Source of the DNA: Actinomycetota bacterium
GTDB taxonomy: Bacteria; Actinomycetota; Acidimicrobiia; IMCC26256; PALSA-555
Length of the DNA stretch: 64,000 nt
Assembly: GCA_016870245.1 (NCBI GenBank)
Contig: VGCA01000001.1
Coordinates: forward strand, 8,905-72,904
Direction: 5' to 3'
The translations under genes and the position numbers were made by a program. The notes under the pieces are model-generated. The model was given only the letters and a program-made list of their open reading frames with translations. It did no database searches and had not been told where the DNA came from. This document shows, piece by piece, positions 18,925 through 27,294 of this stretch (position 1 is its first letter; every line of letters begins with the position of its first letter).

Positions 18925-19743
18925 GTGAGCAACCCCTTCTCCTACACCGGCAAGCGCGTCGTCGTCACCGGTGCCGCCACCGGCGTCGGCGCGGCGCTGC
19001 TCGACCTCCTCGCCGAGATCGGCGGGCCCGAGGTCACCGTCATCGACATCAAGCCGCCCACCGGGCCCCACGCGCGCTTCGTCGAGGCGAACCTCTCCGA
19101 CGAGACCGAGGTCCGGGCCGCGGCCGCCCAGATCGACGGCCGGATCGACGTCCTGTTCAACAATGCCGGCGTCGCGGCCACGCAGCCGCCGCGTACGGTG
19201 CTGGCGGTCAACTACCTCGCGCTGCGCCGCCTCTCCGAGCAGCTGATCGACCAGATCCCTGCCGGCGGCGCGATCGTCAACACCGCGTCGATCGCCGGGG
19301 TGCGCTGGCCGGAGCACGTCACCGAGATCAACGAGCTGCTCGACACCGAGGGCTGGGGCGCCGCGCTCGACTGGGTCGACGCGAACCTCGAGGCGGTGGG
19401 CGGCGACTCGTACTCCTTCTCGAAGGAGGTCGTGCGGGTGTGGAGCATGCGCAGCTCGCGCTGGTCGGGCGAGCGGGGCGTGCGCACCAACACCGTGTGC
19501 CCGGCGCCCATCGACACGCCGCTCCTGAAGGACTTCAAGGAGACGATGGGCGAGCAGATCATCGAGTGGACCGCCAAGGAGGCCACCGGCGCGCTCATGA
19601 CGCCTCGTGAGGTGGCCATGCCGCTGGCGTTCCTGGGCAGCGAGGCCGCGTCCTACGTCAACGGCCACGACCTGATCGCCGACGGTGGGTTCAACGCCGC
19701 GATGACCACCGGTCAGGTGGACTTCTCGGCGATCATGGGCTGA
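18925..19743 (+). CDS. Short-chain dehydrogenase/reductase (SDR)
   Basis: ORF 18925..19743, GTG start after AGGAGG. Motifs TGAATGVG, NNAG and YSFSK. Confidence 0.85.
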   Translation: MSNPFSYTGKRVVVTGAATGVGAALLDLLAEIGGPEVTVIDIKPPTGPHARFVEANLSDETEVRAAAAQIDGRIDVLFNNAGVAATQPPRTVLAVNYLALRRLSEQLIDQIPAGGAIVNTASIAGVRWPEHVTEINELLDTEGWGAALDWVDANLEAVGGDSYSFSKEVVRVWSMRSSRWSGERGVRTNTVCPAPIDTPLLKDFKETMGEQIIEWTAKEATGALMTPREVAMPLAFLGSEAASYVNGHDLIADGGFNAAMTTGQVDFSAIMG

Positions 19744-19775
19744 TCCGGGGTCGACGGCCGCCGGAAGGGGGCATC

Positions 19776-20705
19776 ATGCGTGCAGTCCGATCGACTCCAC
19801 CGGGGGTGACCGTCGTCGATGTGGACGCGCCGAGCGGTCCCGGCGAGATGGTGACCATCCGATCGGCCGGCATCTGCGCCTCCGACTTCAAGTACATCGA
19901 GTTCGGCTGCACGATGCTGCTCGGCCACGAGCTGGCCGGAGTGACCGAGGACGGCACCGCAGTCGCGGTGGAGGCGTTGTTCGGCTGCGGCGAGTGCGAG
20001 CAGTGCCGGGCGGGCCAGGTCAACCTGTGCGCGCTCGGTCCGACGGCGCTCGGCGTGACGAGCGACGGGGGGATGGCCGAGTACTTCGCAGCGCCGGCGA
20101 GCGCATTGGTGCCGCTGCCCGACGGACTCGCCGCGACCGACGCCTGCCTCGTCGAGCCGGCGTCGGTTGCGTGGCACGCGTGCCGCATCGCCGGGGCGGG
20201 TCCCGACCTGCGGGTCGCGGTGATCGGCGGCGGCGCCATCGGCCTGCTGGCCGCGGCTTCTGCGCAGCGCATGGGCGCGGCCGAGGTGTCGATCGAGGTG
20301 CGCCACCCGCACCAACAGGCGGTCGCCGAGCGGATCGGCGCGACCGAGACGTCGGGCCACTACGACGTGGTCATCGAGGCGGCCGGGACCGAGAGCGCGC
20401 TGCACCGGGCCACCGAGGTCGCGCGGCCCGGCGGCACGATGGCCGTGCTCGGCGTGTTCCCGCCCGGCGTCACCTGGCCGCAGCACCAGTGCTTCCTGAA
20501 GGAGCTCCGTACGGTCCCGTCGCTCGGGTACTGCCGGCACTCGGGCGGGCGCGACTTCGACGACGCGGCGGCGATGCTCGCCGCCGACCCCGAGCTGGTC
20601 GACGCGCTGATCACCCACCGCTTCCCGATCGACGACGCGGCCGAGGCGTTCCGCGTCGCCGCCGACCGGTCGTCGGGCGCGTTGCGCGTGGTGCTCGAGC
20701 CCTAG
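19776..20705 (+). CDS. Zinc-dependent medium-chain alcohol dehydrogenase
   Basis: ORF 19776..20705. GHELAG, CGECEQCRAG (structural Zn) and a GGGAIG Rossmann motif. Confidence 0.9.
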   Translation: MRAVRSTPPGVTVVDVDAPSGPGEMVTIRSAGICASDFKYIEFGCTMLLGHELAGVTEDGTAVAVEALFGCGECEQCRAGQVNLCALGPTALGVTSDGGMAEYFAAPASALVPLPDGLAATDACLVEPASVAWHACRIAGAGPDLRVAVIGGGAIGLLAAASAQRMGAAEVSIEVRHPHQQAVAERIGATETSGHYDVVIEAAGTESALHRATEVARPGGTMAVLGVFPPGVTWPQHQCFLKELRTVPSLGYCRHSGGRDFDDAAAMLAADPELVDALITHRFPIDDAAEAFRVAADRSSGALRVVLEP

Positions 20706-20738
20706 CCTGCGACCGTCATCGTGACGAGGGGGAGCCCG

Positions 20739-21191
20739 ATGGAGCGCTACTACCACGTGGGGATCGTCGTCCCCGACCTCGAGGCCGCACAGGCGTACTA
20801 CACCGACCTGCTCGGCCTCGAGTGGGGCCCGGTGCTCCAGACCGACGTCGACGTCCGCCTGGGCGACGGCAGCGAGCACGTGTTCCCCAACAAGATCGTG
20901 TACTCGAGCGCCGAGCCGCGCATCGAGCTGATCGAGGAGACCCCCGGGTCGCCGTGGGTGTGCAACGAGCACTCCAACCTCCACCACCTCGGCATCTTCT
21001 CCGATGACTTCGGCGACGAGCACCAGCGGCTGGTGGGCTCGGCGTGCCCGCTCGAGATGTACGGCGGGCACGGCGACGGTCCGCCGAGCACGTTCACCTA
21101 CCACCGGGATCCGTGGGGGGTGCGCATCGAGCTGGTCGACGGTGCGATCCGGTCCACCATGGAGACCTTCATGTTCACGCCGCCGGCCTGA
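20739..21191 (+). CDS. VOC (glyoxalase/bleomycin-resistance/dioxygenase) family protein
   Basis: Part of ORF 20721..21191. ATG at 20739 follows GAGGGGGAG. HVGIVVPDLEAA and HHLGIF motifs. Confidence 0.8.
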   Translation: MERYYHVGIVVPDLEAAQAYYTDLLGLEWGPVLQTDVDVRLGDGSEHVFPNKIVYSSAEPRIELIEETPGSPWVCNEHSNLHHLGIFSDDFGDEHQRLVGSACPLEMYGGHGDGPPSTFTYHRDPWGVRIELVDGAIRSTMETFMFTPPA

Positions 21192-21236
21192 CCTTCCGAG
21201 TACGTCGCGGCGAAATGTCCGGTTAGCCTGGCGGCG

Positions 21237-22121
21237 ATGGCAGCCGGCGGACGGAGCTCGAGGGCGAGTCTCCTGGTCGGGGCGGTGCTCGCCCTGGCCC
21301 TGGTGGGCGCAGCCTGTATGCCCGAGCCCCCGCCCGAGCCCCCGCCCCCGCCCCCGCACGTCGTGGTCGTGTATGGCGACTCGCTGGCCACCGAAGCGAC
21401 GGACGCCATCCGCGGCCGCCTCGAGGCCCTGCTGCCCGACCGCCAGGTGGACGTCGCCTCGTACCCGGGGACCGCTCAGTGCGACTGGCACCAGCGGATG
21501 CAGGACGACGCCGCGCGGCTGACCATCGACGCCGTCGTGATCCAGTTCAGCGGCAACAGCATCACGGCCTGCATGAAGAACCGCGGGGGCGAGTCGGATC
21601 CCGCGGCGCGGGCGGCCAGCTACACGGACGACGCGCACTGGGCCGTCGACTTCTGGCGCGGTCGCGGAGTGCCGATGCTGTTCGTGGCCGGTCCGACGCA
21701 CGTCGGCATCCTCCCGAGCGACGACGTCGTCGGCAGCGTCTACCGGGCCGTGGGCGCAGCCCGTTCGGTCCCGGTCGTCGACCCGGCACCACTCCTCGTC
21801 GACGCCCAGTCCGGCCGCTACGCGGACTCCATGCCCTGCCTGGTCGGCGAGTGCGTGGACGACACGATCCCGGTGCGCAGCGCCGACGGCGTGCACTTCT
21901 GCCCGCCGGGGACGTCGAGCGTGCCCGGCGGGTGCTCGGGGTACTCGTCGGGCGCGGTGCGCTTCGCCGAGGCGATCGTGCACGGGGTCGCGACCCTCCT
22001 GGGTGTGCCGCAGCCGCCGTACCGGACGATGGTGACCCCGACGACCACGACGACGACCACGACGACGACCACGACGACCACGACGACGACCACGACGACG
22101 ACCACGACGACGGCGGAGTAG
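21237..22121 (+). CDS. Secreted/lipoprotein SGNH (GDSL-like) hydrolase ending in a poly-threonine tract
   Basis: ORF 21237..22121. Signal peptide with LVGAAC, a Pro-rich linker, VVVYGDSLA (block I), FSGNS (block III) and DGVH (block V). The C-terminus is 24 x Thr followed by AE*. Confidence 0.8.
   Translation: MAAGGRSSRASLLVGAVLALALVGAACMPEPPPEPPPPPPHVVVVYGDSLATEATDAIRGRLEALLPDRQVDVASYPGTAQCDWHQRMQDDAARLTIDAVVIQFSGNSITACMKNRGGESDPAARAASYTDDAHWAVDFWRGRGVPMLFVAGPTHVGILPSDDVVGSVYRAVGAARSVPVVDPAPLLVDAQSGRYADSMPCLVGECVDDTIPVRSADGVHFCPPGTSSVPGGCSGYSSGAVRFAEAIVHGVATLLGVPQPPYRTMVTPTTTTTTTTTTTTTTTTTTTTTTTTAE
22041..22112 (+). repeat. ACG/ACC trinucleotide tract (24 consecutive Thr codons)
   Basis: 22041-22112 consists only of acg/acc codons in an imperfect 12-nt periodicity (acgaccacgacg). 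It is the last 24 codons but two of the SGNH hydrolase gene. Confidence 0.95.
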
Positions 22122-22179
22122 CCGGCGCGTCGACGGTGCGTCGACGGCGCGGGAGCAGCGCGGCACGTACGCTCCGTCG

Positions 22180-23451
22180 GTGGACGACACGGGCACCGAC
22201 CAGGCCGGTCCCACCGGGGAGCGCGCTGAGGCGACGGTGGTGGTGCAGGCCGAGCGGCTCGTGGCCGGCGGCGCCGCGCTCGCCCGTCGCGACGACGGTC
22301 GGGTTGTGCTCGTCGCCGGCGCGCTGCCCGGCGAGCGGGTCGAGGTCGCGATCAGCACGCGCCGTGGTGCCGAGCGGGGCGAGGTCGTGCGAATCGTGGA
22401 TCTCTCCCCTGACCGGGTCGTCCCGTCGTGCCTGCACGTGGCCGACGGCTGCGGTGGATGCGACCTCATGCACCTCGATCCGGCGGCCCAGGTGCCGGCC
22501 AAGATCGCGCTGGTCGGTGACGCGCTGCGCCGCCTGGGCCGATGGGCCGAGCCGGTGGTCCGCCCGGGGCCCGGGCTCGACCCGTGGGGCTTCCGCACGA
22601 CGATGCGATTCGCCGTGACCGACGGCCGGACCGGTCTGCGACGGGCGTCCAGCCACGATGTCGTGGCCCTCGACTCCTGTGCGATCGCCCACCCTGGTCT
22701 CGACGAGCTCGTCCGCGACGGGCGCTTCGGCGCCGCCCGCGAGGTCACGTTGCGGGTCGGTGGGGCGACCGGCGAGCGGCTCGCGCTGGTCACACCCCGG
22801 CGTGACGACGGCGTGCGCCTGCCCGACGACGTGCTGGTGATCGACGGCGACGACCTCGCCCGGGGCAAGCGGGCGTGGATCCACGAGGAGGTCGCCGGCC
22901 GCCGCTGGCGCGTGTCGGCCGGATCGTTCTTCCAGAGCCGGCCCGACGGGGCCGCCGCGCTGGTCGAGGTGGTCCGCTCCCTCGCCGGCGACGTGCTCGA
23001 CCGCGGCGACGACCGGCGGCCCGCGGTCCTGGTCGACGCGTACAGCGGTGTCGGCTTGTTCACCGGCAGCCTGCTCGGCGGTCGGTCCGGCTGGCGGGCG
23101 GTGTGCGCGGAGCAGAGCCGCAGCGCGGTCGCCGACGCCCGGGTGAACCTCGCCGACGTCGACGCCAAGGTCGTGGCGACCACAGTCGAGCGGCTGCGGG
23201 CGCCGCGCGCCGACCTCGTGGTGGCCGACCCGTCCCGGACCGGGCTCGGACGCGCAGCCGCCGCCGCGCTCGTGGCCGCCGATCCCGACCGGATCGTCCT
23301 CGTGAGCTGCGATCCCGCGGCGGCCGGGCGCGACACCGCCCTCTTGACCGACGCCGGCTACACGCCGATCGAGGCCGTGGTGGTGGACCTCTTCCCGCAC
23401 ACCCACCACACCGAGACCGTCATCCGCTTCGATCGGGCGTCCCGGGGCTGA
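22180..23451 (+). CDS. TRAM-domain class I SAM-dependent RNA (uracil-5) methyltransferase (RlmD/TrmA family)
   Basis: ORF 22180..23451, GTG start. Cys cluster CLHVADGCGGCDLMH, FFQS, DAYSGVGLF (SAM motif) and VSCDPAA. Confidence 0.85.
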   Translation: MDDTGTDQAGPTGERAEATVVVQAERLVAGGAALARRDDGRVVLVAGALPGERVEVAISTRRGAERGEVVRIVDLSPDRVVPSCLHVADGCGGCDLMHLDPAAQVPAKIALVGDALRRLGRWAEPVVRPGPGLDPWGFRTTMRFAVTDGRTGLRRASSHDVVALDSCAIAHPGLDELVRDGRFGAAREVTLRVGGATGERLALVTPRRDDGVRLPDDVLVIDGDDLARGKRAWIHEEVAGRRWRVSAGSFFQSRPDGAAALVEVVRSLAGDVLDRGDDRRPAVLVDAYSGVGLFTGSLLGGRSGWRAVCAEQSRSAVADARVNLADVDAKVVATTVERLRAPRADLVVADPSRTGLGRAAAAALVAADPDRIVLVSCDPAAAGRDTALLTDAGYTPIEAVVVDLFPHTHHTETVIRFDRASRG

Positions 23452-23516
23452 CCACCCCGGCCGGAGCCCGGTCCCGGACCGGGCGCCGCGTGCGCACGCT
23501 GTGTGAAGATGCACCC

Positions 23517-24596
23517 ATGACCGACACGATGACCGATACCTATCGGGGCGTCACGTACATCTCGACCGACTCGCACGTGACGGAGCCCATCGAGCTGTAC
23601 GCCGAGCGGGTCGACGCCGACTTCCGCGACCGGGCGCCGCGCATCGTCACCGCCGACGGATGGCGCTCCTTCCACGCCGAGGGCCTCGACCCCCGCAAGC
23701 TCATGACCGCCGACCAGCTGCTCACCGCGGTGGTCGGAGGGTGGGACGTGGAGTCGCGGGTGCGCGACCAGATCCGCGACGGCGTGAGCGCCGAGGTGAT
23801 CTTCCCCACCTTCGCGCTCCAGGCCTGCTTCGCCTCCGACGACCCGGGTCTGCAGGCGCAGCTGTGCCGCGCGTACAACAGCTGGGCGGGGGAGGTGTTC
23901 GCCGGCGAGCCGTCGCTGCTCGCGGTCGGCGCGGTCCCGCTGGTCGACATCGACGACGGCATCGCCGAGGCCCGGCGCCTGGCCGATGCAGGCTTCCGCG
24001 CGCTCATGCTGCCGGCGCGGGTGCTCAGCCGCCCGTACAACGACGCCGAGTACGACCGGTTCTGGGCGGTCGCCGAGGAGATCGGCCTGCCGCTCACGTT
24101 CCACTCCGGCACCGGCTACGAGCCCCGGCTCGTGCGCGGCCCGGGTGGTGCGGTCGTCAACTATGTGATGGGCGCGCAGCTCGACGGCCCGATGGTGATC
24201 CTCTCACTCGCCGCGGGAGGTGCGCTCGACCGGTTCCCGGGGCTGCGGATCGTCACCGTGGAGACGGGCGCGTCGTGGCTCGCGTGGATCATGACCCAGG
24301 CCGACGCCATCTACCAGGACCACCAGATGTGGGCCCGCCCCAAGCTGTCGATGTTGCCGAGTGAGCTGATCCGACGGCAATGCGCGGCCACGTTCATGTA
24401 CGACCCGGTCGCCATCCACAACCGACACATCACCGGGCTCGACACGCTGATGTGGGGCAACGACTACCCGCACCCCGAGGGCACCTGGCCCGAGTCGCAG
24501 GCCCGCAACGCCGAGCAGTTCGACGGCGTGCCCGACGACGAGGTGCGCGCGATCGTCGGTGGCAACGCGGCCCGGGTGTTCGGCTTCGACGCCTGA
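23517..24596 (+). CDS. Amidohydrolase-2 family hydrolase
   Basis: C-terminal part of ORF 22875..24596, ATG at 23517. Motifs STDSHVTEP and WGNDYPHPEG. Confidence 0.9.
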   Translation: MTDTMTDTYRGVTYISTDSHVTEPIELYAERVDADFRDRAPRIVTADGWRSFHAEGLDPRKLMTADQLLTAVVGGWDVESRVRDQIRDGVSAEVIFPTFALQACFASDDPGLQAQLCRAYNSWAGEVFAGEPSLLAVGAVPLVDIDDGIAEARRLADAGFRALMLPARVLSRPYNDAEYDRFWAVAEEIGLPLTFHSGTGYEPRLVRGPGGAVVNYVMGAQLDGPMVILSLAAGGALDRFPGLRIVTVETGASWLAWIMTQADAIYQDHQMWARPKLSMLPSELIRRQCAATFMYDPVAIHNRHITGLDTLMWGNDYPHPEGTWPESQARNAEQFDGVPDDEVRAIVGGNAARVFGFDA

Positions 24597-24617
24597 TCCG
24601 CGTCGGGCGAGCAGATC

Positions 24618-25889
24618 GTGGCCGGAGGGAGCAACGGCGTGGACGCGACGGACCTCGACCCGCACGCGCCGGAGTTCCTCGCGCACCGCTACGAGCACTA
24701 CTCGGAGCTGCGGGAGCGGTGCCCCGTCGTCTGGGCCACGCAGCACGGTGGCTTCTGGCTGGTCACCGACCACGCCAGCGTGCTGGCGGTCGCCCGCGAC
24801 AACGAGACCTTCATGCACCAGTACCTGCCGGGAGCCCCCGACGGCGTCGACTACGAGGGGATCTGCGGATACCCGCGCCACCCCGACCTGCCCGCGCAGG
24901 GCGTGTCGGAGATCGACGGGCCCGACCACCAGGAGCTGCGCCGCGCGCTCACACCGGCGTTCTCGCCGGCGGCGGTGGAGGCGCAGCGGCCGCAGATGGA
25001 AGCGGTGGCGACGTGGTTCCTCGACCAGATCGTCGAGTCGGGCACAGGTGACCTCGTGCTCGACTACACCTCGCCGGTCCCGGCGGTGCTCACCCTGGCG
25101 ATGATGGGCCTTCCGGTGGAGCACTGGTCGCGCTACGCGGAGTTCTTCCACGCGACCGCGGCGCACCCGCAGACGTCCCCCGAGTTCGCCGCAGTCATGG
25201 CCCACGCGCCGGCGATGACGGCCGAGCTGCACGAGCACGCGCTGCGCCGGCGCGCCGCCCTGGGCGACGACGTCACGTCGCTGGTGCTCTCGCTCGAGCG
25301 TTCGAGCGGCCCGCTCACCGACGAGCAGGTCGTGGGCGTGATGTGGAACCTCGTCGCCGGGGGCATCGACACCACGACCGCCCTCGTGTCGTGGGGGCTG
25401 TACCACCTCGGCACTCACCCCGGCGATCGCCGCCGCCTGATCGACGACCCCGCGCGGATGCCCGGGGCGATCGAGGAGCTCCTGCGCTACTACTGCCCGA
25501 GCGAGTCGCTGACCCGCACGGTGTCGCGTGACGTCGAGCTCGGCGGACGGCAGCTCCGCAAGGGCGACCGGCTGTGGCTCATCTGGATCTCCGCGAACCG
25601 GGATCCGGCCGTCTTCGACCGCGCCGACGAGGTCGTGATCGACCGTGATCCCGACACGAACCCCCACCTCGCCTTCGGGCTCGGCGGGCACCGCTGCATC
25701 GGGATGCATCTCGCGCGCGTGGAAGCGGCGGTCATGCTCACCGAGGTGCTGCGCCGCATCCCCGACTACGAGATCGACCCCGACGGCTTCGCGCCCTACC
25801 CGCCGAGCATGCTGATGAACGGCGTGGTGCGGATGCCCGTCACCTTCACCCCCGGGCCGCGCATCGGTCCGGCCTCGGCCCCCTTCTGA
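24618..25889 (+). CDS. Cytochrome P450
   Basis: ORF 24618..25889, GTG start (alternative 24639). FGLGGHRCIGMHLA heme loop and an EELLRY ExxR motif. Confidence 0.95.
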   Translation: MAGGSNGVDATDLDPHAPEFLAHRYEHYSELRERCPVVWATQHGGFWLVTDHASVLAVARDNETFMHQYLPGAPDGVDYEGICGYPRHPDLPAQGVSEIDGPDHQELRRALTPAFSPAAVEAQRPQMEAVATWFLDQIVESGTGDLVLDYTSPVPAVLTLAMMGLPVEHWSRYAEFFHATAAHPQTSPEFAAVMAHAPAMTAELHEHALRRRAALGDDVTSLVLSLERSSGPLTDEQVVGVMWNLVAGGIDTTTALVSWGLYHLGTHPGDRRRLIDDPARMPGAIEELLRYYCPSESLTRTVSRDVELGGRQLRKGDRLWLIWISANRDPAVFDRADEVVIDRDPDTNPHLAFGLGGHRCIGMHLARVEAAVMLTEVLRRIPDYEIDPDGFAPYPPSMLMNGVVRMPVTFTPGPRIGPASAPF

Positions 25890-25904
25890 GACCCGGAGGT
25901 CCTC

Positions 25905-26657
25905 ATGGCAGACGACACCACCCCGGCGACGGTGGTCCTCGTGCACGGCGCGTTCCACGGCGCGTGGTGCTGGGACCGCGTCGTGCCCCTGCTCGAGGCG
26001 CAGGGCGTGCCCGTGGTCGCCATCGATCTGCCCGGGCACGGCGCCGACCCCGTCCCGCCGGGCGATCTGCACCAGCACGGAGACGCGCTGCGGGCGGTGC
26101 TCGAGGACATCGACGGGCCGAAGGTGGTGGTCGGTCACTCCTACGGCGGCGCGGTCATCAGCGACGGCGCGGCCGACGTCGACGGCGTGGTGCACCTCGT
26201 GTACCTCGCGGCGATCGTCGCCGACGTGGGGGAGACCCTGAGCACCGTCGACGTCGGCGGCCCGTCGCTCGGGCTGGGTGAGGCCGAGGTGAGCGAGGTG
26301 CCCGCGGCCATGCAGACGACCGACGACGGGTTCCTCGTCGTCGATCCCGATCTCGCGGTCGGCGCGTTCTACGCCGACTGCGAGCCGGCCGACGTGGAGT
26401 ACGCGCTCGCCCGGCTGTCGCCCCAGAACCCGGCGACGTTCGGTCAGCCCGTGCGCGCGGCGGCGTGGCGGACCGTCCCGTCGACCTACGTGGTCTGCTA
26501 CGAGGACCGGGCGGTGAGCGTGCCGTTCCAGCGGGCGCTCGCCTCCCGCACCACCAACCGGGTCGAGATGCCGACGAGCCACTCGCCGTTCTTCAGCGCC
26601 CCGCAGCCGCTCGCCGACCTGTTCGCCGGGATCGCTCGCGACGCGGGAGCCGGTTGA
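25905..26657 (+). CDS. Alpha/beta hydrolase (esterase-like)
   Basis: ORF 25905..26657. VLVHGAFHGAWCW and the nucleophile elbow VVVGHSYGG. Confidence 0.85.
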   Translation: MADDTTPATVVLVHGAFHGAWCWDRVVPLLEAQGVPVVAIDLPGHGADPVPPGDLHQHGDALRAVLEDIDGPKVVVGHSYGGAVISDGAADVDGVVHLVYLAAIVADVGETLSTVDVGGPSLGLGEAEVSEVPAAMQTTDDGFLVVDPDLAVGAFYADCEPADVEYALARLSPQNPATFGQPVRAAAWRTVPSTYVVCYEDRAVSVPFQRALASRTTNRVEMPTSHSPFFSAPQPLADLFAGIARDAGAG

Positions 26658-26672
26658 GCGTCGCCGCGTCGG

Positions 26673-27272
26673 TCAGACGATGAGCGCGGCCAGGGGCATG
26701 CCCACGATCAGGCCCAGGCCGAGGCCGGCGGTGACGTCGAGCGGGTTGTGCGCGCCCACGTACACGCGTCCGAGCATCACGAGGAGCGCCAGCCCGAACG
26801 GGACCGACATCCACGGGGCCGGGATCTCGACCGCGACGATGCACATGATCGCCACGGCGAGGATGACGTGGCCCGACGGGAAGCTCGGCCCGGTGGCGGG
26901 CACGTCACCACCGCGCAGCACCGCGCCGGGCTCGCTCGTGCCGGGGCGCTGGCGCACGGCGAGGAGCGGCCGGGTCCAGTGCCGGACGACCCGCTCGGCG
27001 AACAGCTTCAGGACCGCGGCGATCACCGCTGCGGCGGCCTTCCCCCAGCTGTCGTAGTAGAGGGCGACGGCGAGACCGGCCAGCGTGCCCACGACCAGGT
27101 TGCCGAGCTGCATCGGCGGCCACAACGGCCAGTAGAGCCAGCCGGGAAGGCGGTTGATCGCCCGGAACACGCGCTGCTCCGCCACGGGGATGTGATCCCG
27201 GTGGGCCGCGTGGAAGGAGGCGGCGAACACGACGGCGCCGAGCACCACCCCTGCGATCGCGAGCCACGCCAC
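26673..27272 (-). CDS. PAP2-family membrane phosphatase
   Basis: C-terminal part of ORF 26673..28238, GTG at 27272. Several TM segments. PAP2 motifs PSGH (FPSGHVILA) and RVYVGAHNPLDV. Confidence 0.8.
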   Translation of the reverse strand: MAWLAIAGVVLGAVVFAASFHAAHRDHIPVAEQRVFRAINRLPGWLYWPLWPPMQLGNLVVGTLAGLAVALYYDSWGKAAAAVIAAVLKLFAERVVRHWTRPLLAVRQRPGTSEPGAVLRGGDVPATGPSFPSGHVILAVAIMCIVAVEIPAPWMSVPFGLALLVMLGRVYVGAHNPLDVTAGLGLGLIVGMPLAALIV

Positions 27273-27294
27273 CGGGTGAACGTAGTCTTCCGGC

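Noticed and set aside
21479-22618. ORF 21479..22618(+), with DDHDDDHDD repeats, and ORF 21818..22105(-), with poly-Val.
   Set aside because: These are alternative-frame and antisense readings of the ACG/ACC Thr microsatellite. They overlap the well-supported SGNH hydrolase and RNA methyltransferase genes.
19713-23336. Very long ORFs in the track: 19713..23336(-) 1207 aa, 29122..33135(+) 1337 aa, 34944..38723(+) 1259 aa, 1162..3426(-), 24204..26582(-), 28604..30934(-), 43823..46420(-) and 15089..17248(+).
   Set aside because: Their translations are dominated by R/P/G/A/H runs with no recognisable motifs. They lie antisense or out of frame to genes that have clear family signatures. Stop-codon-poor alternative frames are expected in DNA this GC-rich, so they are not called as CDS.
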